DNA from: Thiobacillaceae bacterium
GTDB taxonomy: Bacteria > Pseudomonadota > Gammaproteobacteria > Burkholderiales > Thiobacillaceae
Direction: 5' to 3'
DNA: 42,524 bases
Assembly: GCA_043759395.1 (NCBI GenBank)
Contig: JAYVLR010000055.1
Coordinates: 1 to 42,524, forward strand
The notes beneath the pieces are model-generated. The model did not search any database. It saw only the letters and a program-made list of their open reading frames with translations, and was not told where the DNA came from. This document shows positions 17,861 through 30,292 of this stretch, one piece after another. Position 1 is the stretch's first letter, and every line of letters starts with the position of its first letter. The translations under genes were made by a program, and so were the position numbers.

Positions 17861-19860
17861 AACTGCTCACCCTCGTATCCATGCTGGCATCGTGTTATGG
17901 CGGTGCATCGCTGAGCTTTGCGGCTGCGCCGGGTTTGCCTGTGGATTGCAATTATCCTGCTTCCGAAAACGGGCGCTGCAATCCATTCGCTGCCGCTCAG
18001 GTTGTCGGTCTGATCGACCAGTCCTGGCTATGGCAGGAGAAAAACCGTGTTGATCTAAGCCGGGGCGTGCTGCTCAAAGCGCTGCATATCGAGCCGGCCA
18101 ATCCCGTCGTTTTGCAGCGGCTGGTCGAGATCGAGACCGAAAGCGGACGGCCCGAAAGCGCAGCGCAATACTTACAACGCCTTGCTGCGGCGGGAGACAG
18201 GAATCGTTATCTTGCCGCGAGCGAGTCTTTTGAACTGTTCAAATTTCATGGCCGCGAAATCAAGCAGGCACGGCTGTTGAGCCGAAATAACCGATCTGAA
18301 CAGGCTCTGGCGATGTGGAACACACTGATCCCCGGCATACCGCAGGGACACCTTGCGCTGGAGATTCTCCCGCTCAGGAATCGTTTCGGAAACAGAGACG
18401 CATTATTTCAGCTTCAGGCGCTGGCTAACCGCTACACCAGCGACCCGCGCTATGCCGGGTACAGAAATACGACAGCCCCGGCAGCATCTCCATCCAAAGT
18501 GGCGGACGTTGTCATCCGAAAGCCGGTACGCCGCCCGGATGAAGCTGTCTCGCCCACCCTTTCGGCAGCCCATGAATCCCCTAAAATAACAAGCCGCTCT
18601 AGCGGAATGATGTTAGCCATGAGTTACGAGTTGGGCGCGCCGGAACAGCCTGGGGCTGAATCCCTCGAACCCGCCGCAAGCCTGGTCGCGGAGGCGGGTC
18701 GGACTGCGCTGCCTGTCTTCCCCGAACGTGATGAGTCGCGCAACACCGTGCCCTTATCCGATCAAGACAAGCCGAAGCCTGCGCCGAATGATCCGCCAGC
18801 TAATTGGGCCTGGCAGCTTTCGCGGAAATGGTTGAATAACCCGGGTACGCCGGGTGTGTCGGATTTGAACCAGAGCGTAGACCTTGCCCATCTTGAGCGG
18901 GATACGGCATCTTCCAAAACCCAGTTCTGGCTGGAGAACTGGGACATGGACGGCGGCGCTGCCCAAGGTGGCCAGGCGTTTGGCACCGCCAATGCCAGCA
19001 CGCCGCCCTGGACGCTGGCAGCTCAAGGGGTTGGATTTGGCTTGGCCTATGAAACAGCAGGCTGGCGCTTTGACTTTGGTCACACGCCTTCCGGCTTTGC
19101 TATCAGCTACCCCGTATTCGGGGTTCGCAAGCAATGGCTTATCGCGGACACCGAGCTGTCAGCTGAAGTCAGCCGCCGTCCGCTGGCGGAGTCCATTTTG
19201 TCTTTTGCCGGCGCGCGTGATCCGCAAACTGGACAGACGTGGGGCGGTGCCAAAGCGACTGGACTGAAGCTGGCCTATGACACCCGGATTAACGCTTGGG
19301 GCGTAAACGCAAAAGCCGCGTTCTATCGCATTAACGGCGACGACATTCTCAACAATCAGAAACTGGATCTGTCGGCAAAAACCAACTACCGCTTCAAACT
19401 GGATGACAACATCAATCTCAAGGTCGGCGTGTCGCTTACGCATTGGCGCTACTCAGACAACACGAACTACTACCGGTTTGGCCATGGCGGCTATTACAGC
19501 CCGCAAAAATACACCAGCCTGGATTTTCCGCTGGAGCTGATTGGCGAATCCGGCAGGCACAGTTACCGCATTGCGGGCGGTGTTTCATATGGCTACAAGC
19601 AAACAAACGACGTGGCGGAATTTCCGCTTACGCAAACCGGCAGTGTATTTAAAGGTTCATCCAGCCACGGCGGCGGCAGCTATCTCTCGGCAACCTGGGA
19701 ATACCGGATCACCGACACGCTGGCGCTGGGTGCGCGCGCCGAGCATGAGCGTTCTTCTTTTTACGAACCCACGACCGTGATGCTGTATGTCCGTTACGAC
19801 AATCCGGACCGGTTGCGTTGGCGCGCTACCTACCCGCGTGACAGCTACTTCAAGGAATAG
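17857..19860 (+). CDS. bcsC: Cellulose export outer-membrane porin BcsC, unusually short (667 aa)
   Basis: N-terminal BcsC-like TPRs (R.DL....L......P.NP; QARLL). C-terminal barrel motifs GT.G.SDL, D.G.TP.GF, RRPL..S.LSFAGARDP.TG..WGG, GHGGYYSPQ.Y. Confidence 0.88.
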   Translation: MKLLTLVSMLASCYGGASLSFAAAPGLPVDCNYPASENGRCNPFAAAQVVGLIDQSWLWQEKNRVDLSRGVLLKALHIEPANPVVLQRLVEIETESGRPESAAQYLQRLAAAGDRNRYLAASESFELFKFHGREIKQARLLSRNNRSEQALAMWNTLIPGIPQGHLALEILPLRNRFGNRDALFQLQALANRYTSDPRYAGYRNTTAPAASPSKVADVVIRKPVRRPDEAVSPTLSAAHESPKITSRSSGMMLAMSYELGAPEQPGAESLEPAASLVAEAGRTALPVFPERDESRNTVPLSDQDKPKPAPNDPPANWAWQLSRKWLNNPGTPGVSDLNQSVDLAHLERDTASSKTQFWLENWDMDGGAAQGGQAFGTANASTPPWTLAAQGVGFGLAYETAGWRFDFGHTPSGFAISYPVFGVRKQWLIADTELSAEVSRRPLAESILSFAGARDPQTGQTWGGAKATGLKLAYDTRINAWGVNAKAAFYRINGDDILNNQKLDLSAKTNYRFKLDDNINLKVGVSLTHWRYSDNTNYYRFGHGGYYSPQKYTSLDFPLELIGESGRHSYRIAGGVSYGYKQTNDVAEFPLTQTGSVFKGSSSHGGGSYLSATWEYRITDTLALGARAEHERSSFYEPTTVMLYVRYDNPDRLRWRATYPRDSYFKE

Positions 19861-19861
19861 C

Positions 19862-22156
19862 ATGTTCACCCAACTTTTTTTCTGGTCGGCAAACCGGCTC
19901 GGTGTCGAACATCCTGGCTCACTCGGGTTGTGGCTGTGGCGGATGTTCGTGCGTCCCGCCACTCGCCCGGTCAAACGCCCCCGGACGTGGTCATTACCTG
20001 CATTTGCTTTGCCATCGTTCAAGATTCCATTGCGCCTGCCCAGTTTCCATTGGGTGCCGGGCTCCGCGCATGTTGAGGATCATGTTGAATCACTGAGCGC
20101 GACCGCTGTCATTGTTGCTTCCATTCTTCTTGTCCTGGCGATCAGCATCACCACGCCCATGGACAGCCGCAATCAAACTCTGTTCCTGCTGGCAACCTGC
20201 CTCTTTGCACTGTGGCTGCGCAAGTCCGAATCCAGTATGGCCACAACCGCCTTGATCGGGCTGGCGGTCGCTTCGACCGTACGCTATTTATGGTGGCGCA
20301 TCACCTACACCCTGCAATTTGATAATTATCTGGATGCTTTCTTCGGCATGTTGCTGGTGGGCGCTGAAATCTACGTGTGGATTGTGCTTGTCCTGGGTTT
20401 TCTCCAGACTATCAGCCCGCTCAAACGAGGTTCGGTTGACCTGCCGAAAAATAGGTCCGAATGGCCCTCGGTGGATGTTTTTATCCCCACCTATAACGAG
20501 CCGCTTTCACTGGTCAGACATACGATACTCGCTGCGCAAACGCTGGACTGGCCCGTCGACAAACTTCGCGTTTACCTTCTGGACGACGGTCGGCGCGACG
20601 AATTCCGCCGCTTTGCAGAACAGGCTGGCGTTACCTACCTGACCCGTGCCGACAACAAACACGCCAAAGCAGGCAACCTCAACAAGGCCTTGAAAGTCTC
20701 CAGTGGCGAGCTGGTTGCCATTTTCGACAGTGACCATATTCCGTCCAGAAACTTTCTGACCGCAACTGTGGGGCTGTTCCTTAAAAACAAAAACTGCGCG
20801 CTGGTGCAAACGCCGCATCACTTTTTTTCAGCCGATCCCTTCGAGAAAAATCTGGGCGGGTTTCGCAACACGCCCAACGAAGGCACGCTGTTTTACGGCG
20901 TGATTCAGGCCGGTAATGATTTATGGAATTCATCGTTCTTTTGCGGCTCGTGCGCGGTATTGCGGCGCAAGCCGTTAGAAGAGATCGGAGGAATTGCGAC
21001 CGAAACTGTCACCGAGGATGCGCACACGGCGCTCAAGCTGCATCGTAAAGGCTACGAATCCGCCTATCTCAATATTGCACTTGCAGCCGGCCTGGCGACC
21101 GACTCGCTCTCCGCGCACATCGGCCAGCGCATACGCTGGGCGCGCGGCATGATACAAATTTTCAGGATCGACAATCCGTTTCTCGGCAAGGGACTGTCCC
21201 TTGCACAACGGTTTTGCTACAGCAACGCCATGCTTCATTTCATGCACGGCTTGCCCCGGCTTATTTTTCTGATTATGCCGCTGGCCTATCTGCTATTCGA
21301 GCGCCATGTCATCTACACCAGCCTGGTGATGTTGCTGCTGTATGCCATTCCGTCGCTTTGGCATTCCAGCCTGGCAAACGACCGTTTGCAGGGAAACCAC
21401 CGGCACTCGTTCTGGTCGGGCGCGTACGAATCCGTGCTGGCTTACTACATTCTTATTCCCACCACGCTCGCCTTGCTTTACCCCTCGCTTGGAAAATTCA
21501 ATGTCACCGCCAAAGGCGGGGTGCAGGGGCAACAGTGGTATGACTGGGGAATTTCCAAGCCTTACTTGGTTCTTGCACTGCTTAATCTGGCAGGCGTAGG
21601 CATCGGTATCGCCCGGCTTTTCTGGTTGAACACGTTTGAAACCGATACGGTACTCATCAATCTCGGTTGGGCGCTGTTTAACGCGACGATGCTAGGGCTG
21701 GCGCTAGGCGTGGCCGCTGAGGCGCGCCAGGTGCGCTCCACGCACCGGGTCAATTTCGAGCAGCCGGCAAAAATCCACATTGGAAACCAGACTCTGCCAT
21801 GCACAGCTGAAGACTTTTCCATGGGCGGGTTGGGCCTGCGTTTCACAAACGTTCAGAAAATTGAAGAAAACACCCGAGCCATGGTGACGCTGACCGATTT
21901 ATCTGGAAATGAACAAACATTTTCTTGCAGGCTGGCAACCGTCCGACCCAATTACGTCGGGGTCACCTTCGACGATCTGTCTATCGAGCGGGAACGTGCC
22001 CTGCTGGCCTGTACATTTATTCGACCGGGGATATGGGAAGCTTGGCGCCAGGGCTATACAGAGGACAAATTGTTGTCGTCGCTTGGCGAAGTTCTCAAGC
22101 TGGGCTTCGGCGGCTACGGCAAGATGTGGCATGCACTGAAAGCGCGCCAGTCATGA
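19862..22156 (+). CDS. bcsA: Cellulose synthase catalytic subunit (GT2 + PilZ)
   Basis: DDG, HAKAGNLN, DSD, QTPH, FFCGS, TED, QRIRW, F.VT.K gating loop, PilZ RSTHR and DFSMGG. ATG 19862 lies 1 bp after the bcsC stop. Confidence 0.97.
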   Translation: MFTQLFFWSANRLGVEHPGSLGLWLWRMFVRPATRPVKRPRTWSLPAFALPSFKIPLRLPSFHWVPGSAHVEDHVESLSATAVIVASILLVLAISITTPMDSRNQTLFLLATCLFALWLRKSESSMATTALIGLAVASTVRYLWWRITYTLQFDNYLDAFFGMLLVGAEIYVWIVLVLGFLQTISPLKRGSVDLPKNRSEWPSVDVFIPTYNEPLSLVRHTILAAQTLDWPVDKLRVYLLDDGRRDEFRRFAEQAGVTYLTRADNKHAKAGNLNKALKVSSGELVAIFDSDHIPSRNFLTATVGLFLKNKNCALVQTPHHFFSADPFEKNLGGFRNTPNEGTLFYGVIQAGNDLWNSSFFCGSCAVLRRKPLEEIGGIATETVTEDAHTALKLHRKGYESAYLNIALAAGLATDSLSAHIGQRIRWARGMIQIFRIDNPFLGKGLSLAQRFCYSNAMLHFMHGLPRLIFLIMPLAYLLFERHVIYTSLVMLLLYAIPSLWHSSLANDRLQGNHRHSFWSGAYESVLAYYILIPTTLALLYPSLGKFNVTAKGGVQGQQWYDWGISKPYLVLALLNLAGVGIGIARLFWLNTFETDTVLINLGWALFNATMLGLALGVAAEARQVRSTHRVNFEQPAKIHIGNQTLPCTAEDFSMGGLGLRFTNVQKIEENTRAMVTLTDLSGNEQTFSCRLATVRPNYVGVTFDDLSIERERALLACTFIRPGIWEAWRQGYTEDKLLSSLGEVLKLGFGGYGKMWHALKARQS

Positions 22157-23625
22157 ACCCCTGGTGGTCGCTGTATTTTATTGTGTCCGCGCTCCTGTCC
22201 CTGGCAGGGTGGCTCACGCTTCATCCTGTTTGGATGTTTGCACTGGCGATTCTGCAATTTCCAAAACTCGCCGGATGGCCGTCGCGGCTGCGCCTGTTTG
22301 TCAGCGTTGTTGCGGCCATCGCGCTGGTTTATTGGCAAGCCGACTGGCCTTCATTGCCGGTGCTGGTTGATAAAATCAAGGCATTGTCTGGCTTTAGCGC
22401 GGGTTACTGGATCGAATTATTCCACCGGGTGGATGGTGGCAAATGGCTCTTGTGGCTGGCGGGCAGCCTGGCGGTTTATTGGCTGGCCAGCACCAAGCTG
22501 CGCATGAGCATTTTTGCCTTGTTGATGCTGGGTGCTACTGCCTGGTTAACCGGCAGTCAGGCCGATGGCCGGGATTCAGATAGCACTGCCGATATCGCAC
22601 GCGATGTTGAAGACTATTATCAATCCGAGGCGGGCAGGCAGGTCATGTTCGGCAAGAAGCAGGAAGGCAAGCAGGATGTGCTGATTGTTCAAGTGTGTTC
22701 GCTGGGCTGGGCCGACCTGAAGCGATTTGGCCTGGACAAACATCCGCTATGGGGGAAGCTCGATGTACTCATGCCCCGATTCAATTCGGGCACGAGTTAT
22801 AGCAACCCGGCGGCCTTGCGCTTGCTGCGTGGGACATGCGGCCATCCACGACACGACGATCTTTATACCGATGCCGCACCCTCGTGTTACCTGGGGCAAC
22901 AGCTTGCAGATGCCGGGTTCAAGACCGACATTTTTATGAACCATGATGGCCAGTACAGCGATTTTCTTAAAGAAACTATCCAGCTAGGGCGTTTTTCCAA
23001 TAGCGTCGCCCACTATTCCGCGCCAGTTCTATATCACGGGTTTACCGGCTCAGCCATCATGGATGACGAAGTCATACTGAAAAAGTGGTGGGCGGAGCGG
23101 TCATCCATGCCGGACTCTCATGCCACTTACTACAACACCATCTCCCTGCACGACGGCAACACCCTTGACGGGCGGCAAAGCAAGATCAGCAGTGTGGAAA
23201 GCTACCCGATACGGGTAAAGCGCCTGCTGGATGGCTTGCTTCATCTGTTCAACGACATGGAAGCGTCCGGTAAAAAAGCCATCGTGGTCATCGTGGGCGA
23301 GCACGGCGCAGCGCTTACCGGCAACGCCTACCATCTTGACGGTTTGAGGGATACGCCTGCGCCGGATGTCACCCTGGTACCGGCAGGCATCAAGTTGATT
23401 GGCTATAACAATACTTCCAGGGCGCAAATACCGTCGCTGGTGAGCTATCCAGAATTGACCGCTTTGCTGGGTAATGCTCTGTCGGGCAACCCAATCAAAG
23501 CCCCGCGCGAGGATGATGCAAAATTTATGGCTGAGAACTCGGGCAAGCAGGTATTTGGCGAAAACGGATCGCTGTACAGCCGTGATGACAATGAGAAATG
23601 GACGCGCATCGGTGACTGGGAATAG
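22153..23625 (+). CDS. bcsG: Cellulose phosphoethanolamine transferase
   Basis: N-terminal TM domain, VCSLGW.DL, FNSGTSYS.PAA.RLLR..CG (catalytic Ser), LHDGN, EHG.AL, GLRD.P.P..T.VP. ATG overlaps the bcsA stop (ATGA). Confidence 0.92.
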   Translation: MNPWWSLYFIVSALLSLAGWLTLHPVWMFALAILQFPKLAGWPSRLRLFVSVVAAIALVYWQADWPSLPVLVDKIKALSGFSAGYWIELFHRVDGGKWLLWLAGSLAVYWLASTKLRMSIFALLMLGATAWLTGSQADGRDSDSTADIARDVEDYYQSEAGRQVMFGKKQEGKQDVLIVQVCSLGWADLKRFGLDKHPLWGKLDVLMPRFNSGTSYSNPAALRLLRGTCGHPRHDDLYTDAAPSCYLGQQLADAGFKTDIFMNHDGQYSDFLKETIQLGRFSNSVAHYSAPVLYHGFTGSAIMDDEVILKKWWAERSSMPDSHATYYNTISLHDGNTLDGRQSKISSVESYPIRVKRLLDGLLHLFNDMEASGKKAIVVIVGEHGAALTGNAYHLDGLRDTPAPDVTLVPAGIKLIGYNNTSRAQIPSLVSYPELTALLGNALSGNPIKAPREDDAKFMAENSGKQVFGENGSLYSRDDNEKWTRIGDWE

Positions 23626-23627
23626 CT

Positions 23628-24374
23628 TCAGTCGTGATGGATCACAAACGCGGCCTCCACACTGAAATTACCCACGCCTTTGTGGTTAGTCATGGTCCAG
23701 CCGTTTTCCTTGAGGTGGCGGCTCATCTGGCGATTCATGTCGGGATTGCCGCAGATCAGCACGCGATCATGTTCGGGGTCGGCGGCAGGCAGGCCCAGTT
23801 CTTTACTTAGATTGCCAGAGATAAACAGATCCGAGCAACGCTGGTTGTGGCTGAACGGTTCGCGCGTAACTGTTGGCACATAGCGCAGGGTGTCGTCGGC
23901 GCGGGATTCGATTTCATCGCGGTAAACCAGTTCGGGCACGGTTCGCACGGTATGAACCAGGATGACGCGCGCATGTGCCTGATAGGTTGCGGGGTCGCGG
24001 ATCAGGCTGATAAAAGGGGCGAGGCCAGTGCCGGTCGCCAGCAGATACAGATTGCGTCCGGGCAGCACATGCGCGAGCGTCAGCGAGCCGGTGGCTTTGC
24101 TGTTGACCCAGACTGAATCGCCCGGCTGGATTTTGGACAGACGGCTGGTGAGGGGGCCGTCCGGTACGTGGATGCTGAGAAATTCCAGGTGATCGTCATC
24201 CTGCGTCGAGACGATGGAATACGCCCGCGCGATGAGCTTGCCCTCGGATTTGAGGCCGATAGTGACAAATTCGCCGTTGGCAAAATTAAAATCTGCCGGG
24301 CGGGTGAGGGTCAGGCTGAAGGTTCGATCCGACCAAGGGCGCATCGCTGTGACGGTTTGTTCTGAATAGGGCAT
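23628..24374 (-). CDS. fpr: Ferredoxin/flavodoxin-NADP+ reductase
   Basis: RAYS, GPLTSRL, ATGTGLAPF, VTRE, CGNP.M, VE.AFV C-terminus. Confidence 0.92.
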   Translation of the reverse strand: MPYSEQTVTAMRPWSDRTFSLTLTRPADFNFANGEFVTIGLKSEGKLIARAYSIVSTQDDDHLEFLSIHVPDGPLTSRLSKIQPGDSVWVNSKATGSLTLAHVLPGRNLYLLATGTGLAPFISLIRDPATYQAHARVILVHTVRTVPELVYRDEIESRADDTLRYVPTVTREPFSHNQRCSDLFISGNLSKELGLPAADPEHDRVLICGNPDMNRQMSRHLKENGWTMTNHKGVGNFSVEAAFVIHHD

Positions 24375-24434
24375 GGGGTTCTCCTGACGCGGCTGAATCG
24401 ATAAAAAACGGATGCTGCAATTGCTGGACTTCCT

Positions 24435-24469
24435 GCATTGTCATTCAGGTTCGTGCTGAATGGCAATGC
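24435..24469. other. 14-bp hairpin in the divergent intergenic region upstream of fpr
   Basis: GCATTGTCATTCAG-7nt-CTGAATGGCAATGC (one G-U pair). Confidence 0.5.
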
Positions 24470-24605
24470 GGCCTTTTGATTGCTGCGTCAATACGGGCGG
24501 CAAGCTCAGCACGCATGATAGAACCAATGGGTTACTATTGGGTCGCACTGCTGCGACCTGGGTCGCTTTGAATAATGATCGTTTTGAATAACGAAAGGAA
24601 TAGTC

Positions 24606-25154
24606 ATGGATAAATCAATGTTGGTCGGAATCGTGGCAGGTGCGGTCGCGGTGACGGCTGTAGGCGGGTATGCCGGGTATAAAGCGATGAAAGGGCCGGA
24701 TTACGCAGAGGTTTTAAGCGCAAAAGAAGTGACCGAAAAACTGCGTACGCCGCGTGAAGTGTGCAGGGATGTCGCTGTCACGCATCAGGCACCGGTAAAA
24801 GATGAACACCGGATTGCCGGAACCGCCATCGGCGCAGTGCTGGGTGGCGTATTGGGCAACCAGGTCGGTGGCGGCACCGGCAAGACGCTGGCCACTGTGG
24901 CGGGTGCGGCGGGTGGCGGATACGCGGGCAATAAAGTGCAAGAGAACATGCAGGAATCTGACCGGGTGAGCGAGATGAAAACACGCTGTAAAACGGTCTA
25001 CGACACCAGCACCAAGACACTCGGATACGACGTAACCTACCAACTGTCGGGCAAACAGGGTGTGGTGCGCATGGATCGTAATCCTGGCCAGCGCATACCT
25101 GTCCAGGATGGGCGATTGGTGTTGATGCCGCCTGGCGTCAACAATCCTTCTTGA
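24606..25154 (+). CDS. Glycine-zipper 2TM domain protein (YcfJ-like)
   Basis: GTAIGAVLGGVLGNQVGGGTGK.LATVAGAAGGGYAGNKVQ, a Cys pair, GYDVTY; AAGGA RBS. Confidence 0.88.
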   Translation: MDKSMLVGIVAGAVAVTAVGGYAGYKAMKGPDYAEVLSAKEVTEKLRTPREVCRDVAVTHQAPVKDEHRIAGTAIGAVLGGVLGNQVGGGTGKTLATVAGAAGGGYAGNKVQENMQESDRVSEMKTRCKTVYDTSTKTLGYDVTYQLSGKQGVVRMDRNPGQRIPVQDGRLVLMPPGVNNPS

Positions 25155-25219
25155 TGATTCTGGGTTTTCATCAATAAGCCTTGCGGACATCCGGCGTCGG
25201 TAATCAGGTGATTTTGGCA

Positions 25220-25249
25220 TTGAAGCCGCCCCCCTAAAACGGCTATAAT
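25220..25249 (+). promoter_or_regulatory. Sigma70 promoter of carAB-greA
   Basis: TTGAAG-18 bp-TATAAT. Confidence 0.65.
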
Positions 25250-25259
25250 GGCGGCATTC

Positions 25260-25299
25260 AAGTTCAGGCGGGTCTGCGCGAGCGACTCGCCTGAATTTT
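25260..25299 (+). promoter_or_regulatory. carA 5' leader hairpin (candidate attenuator/cis-regulatory RNA)
   Basis: AAGTTCAGGCGGGTC/GACTCGCCTGAATTT 15-bp stem with an internal GC-GCGA-GC tetraloop, ending in a short U-run. Confidence 0.55.
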
Positions 25300-25338
25300 G
25301 TCACCCGCGCCACGCCCACAGTTTTATCGGAGTATTCC

Positions 25339-26481
25339 TTGTCTGCGCCCAGCCCCGCCATCCTTGTTCTTGCTGACGGTTCGGTTTTTCACGGCTACGC
25401 CATTGGCGCTGACGGCAGCACGGTCGGCGAGGTGGTTTTCAATACCGCGATGTGCGGCTACCAGGAAATCCTGACTGACCCATCCTATTCGCGCCAGATC
25501 GTCACACTGACGTATCCCCATATTGGCAATGTCGGCATCAACCTTGAAGACGTAGAAGCCGGGCACATCCACGCCGCTGGTCTGGTGGTGCGCGATGTGC
25601 CGCGACTGCATTCAAATTTCCGTGCGCACACTTCGCTGCCCGAGTATCTGAAAGCGCAAGGCGTGGTCGGAATCGCCGACATCGACACTCGGCGTCTTAC
25701 CCGCATCCTGCGCGAGAAGGGTGCGCAAAGTGGCTGCATCATGGCGGGCGCGGTGGACGAAGCGCTCGCCCTTAAAGCCGCGCGCGCATTCCCCGGGCTG
25801 GCCGGGATGGATCTGGCGCGCGTGGTGACCTCTCCAACGGCTTACGAGTCAAGCGAGACGGAATGGAAGCTGGGACGCGGTTACGGCCAACAGACTGACG
25901 CGCGTTTTCATGTGGTCGCATTTGATTACGGCGTCAAACGCAATATCCTGCGGATGCTGGCTGAGCGGGGTTGCCGTTTGACCGTGCTGCCTGCTACGGC
26001 AACATCCGCCGAAGCGCTGGCGCTCAAACCGGATGGGATTTTCCTCTCCAACGGCCCCGGCGATCCGGAGCCATGCGATTACGCCATTCGTGCAATTTCC
26101 GAACTGGTGGCAACGGGTGTGCCGACTTTCGGGATTTGCCTTGGCCATCAATTGCTCGCGCTTGCTTCCGGCGCCAGGACAGTGAAAATGAAATTCGGCC
26201 ACCACGGCGCGAACCATCCGGTCAAAGACCTGGATAGCGGGCGCGTCGCCATCACCAGCCAGAACCACGGTTTTGCGGTCGATCCCGATACGCTGCCTGC
26301 CAACCTCCGCACCACCCATGTGTCGCTGTTTGACGGTTCGCTGCAGGGCTTCACCCGTACCGATGTGCCGGCGTTCAGCTTTCAGGGGCATCCCGAAGCC
26401 AGCCCCGGCCCGCACGATGTGAGTTATTTATTTGACCGCTTCGTCAAACTGATGGCAGATCGCGTGCCCACAAAGCAATAA
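25339..26481 (+). CDS. carA: Carbamoyl-phosphate synthase small subunit
   Basis: GEVVFNT, GYQE.LTDPSY, SNGPGDP, GICLGHQ, FQGHPEA; TTG start. Confidence 0.97.
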   Translation: MSAPSPAILVLADGSVFHGYAIGADGSTVGEVVFNTAMCGYQEILTDPSYSRQIVTLTYPHIGNVGINLEDVEAGHIHAAGLVVRDVPRLHSNFRAHTSLPEYLKAQGVVGIADIDTRRLTRILREKGAQSGCIMAGAVDEALALKAARAFPGLAGMDLARVVTSPTAYESSETEWKLGRGYGQQTDARFHVVAFDYGVKRNILRMLAERGCRLTVLPATATSAEALALKPDGIFLSNGPGDPEPCDYAIRAISELVATGVPTFGICLGHQLLALASGARTVKMKFGHHGANHPVKDLDSGRVAITSQNHGFAVDPDTLPANLRTTHVSLFDGSLQGFTRTDVPAFSFQGHPEASPGPHDVSYLFDRFVKLMADRVPTKQ

Positions 26482-26484
26482 ACC

Positions 26485-29691
<3,207 letters not shown>

Positions 29692-29701
29692 AGGCAGCGT
29701 T

Positions 29702-30178
29702 ATGGCATCTTTTCCCCTGACTGTGAAAGGCGCAGAAAAACTTCGCGCCGAATTGCACAAACTCAAAAGCATCGAGCGTCCTGCGGTTATTCAGGCGATT
29801 GCCGAAGCGCGTGCGCACGGCGACTTGTCCGAGAACGCCGAGTACGATGCCGCCAAAGAAAAACAGGGCTTCGTCGAAGGCCGCATTGCTGATCTAGAAG
29901 GCAAACTCGGTAACGCGCAGTTGATCGATCCGGCTGAACTTGATGCCGAAGGTCGTGTCGTGTTTGGTGCGACGGTGGAGCTGGAAGACATCGTTTCCGG
30001 CGACACTGTTACCTATCAAGTCGTGGGCGATGACGAGGCCGACATCAAACTCGGACAGATTTCCGTCTCATCGCCGATTGCGCGCGCGCTGATCGGCAAG
30101 TACGCGGGCGATACGGTGGACGTGCAAGCGCCTGGTGGCGTGCGGCAGTATGAAGTGCTGGATGTTTTGTATAAATGA
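29702..30178 (+). CDS. greA: Transcription elongation factor GreA
   Basis: [26 protein letters not shown]; follows carB. Confidence 0.97.
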   Translation: MASFPLTVKGAEKLRAELHKLKSIERPAVIQAIAEARAHGDLSENAEYDAAKEKQGFVEGRIADLEGKLGNAQLIDPAELDAEGRVVFGATVELEDIVSGDTVTYQVVGDDEADIKLGQISVSSPIARALIGKYAGDTVDVQAPGGVRQYEVLDVLYK

Positions 30179-30194
30179 GCCGCTGTAGTTGCCG

Positions 30195-30247
30195 GTAGCC
30201 GCAACCTTTAATCGGTTGCGATTCGCTGGCCGGGCAACCCCCGGCCA
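30195..30247. repeat. REP-like hairpins between convergent greA and ribD
   Basis: GTAG-tagged CGCAACC-7nt-GGTTGCG (30195-30220) and TGGCCGGG-5nt-CCCGGCCA (30227-30247). Confidence 0.45.
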
Positions 30248-30292
30248 ACGGTCTGTCATATCACGATATCGACGGCAAAAACGCCATGCACG

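Noticed and set aside
14044-23627. bcs block as an active mobile island
   Set aside because: No integrase, transposase, tRNA target or flanking direct repeats
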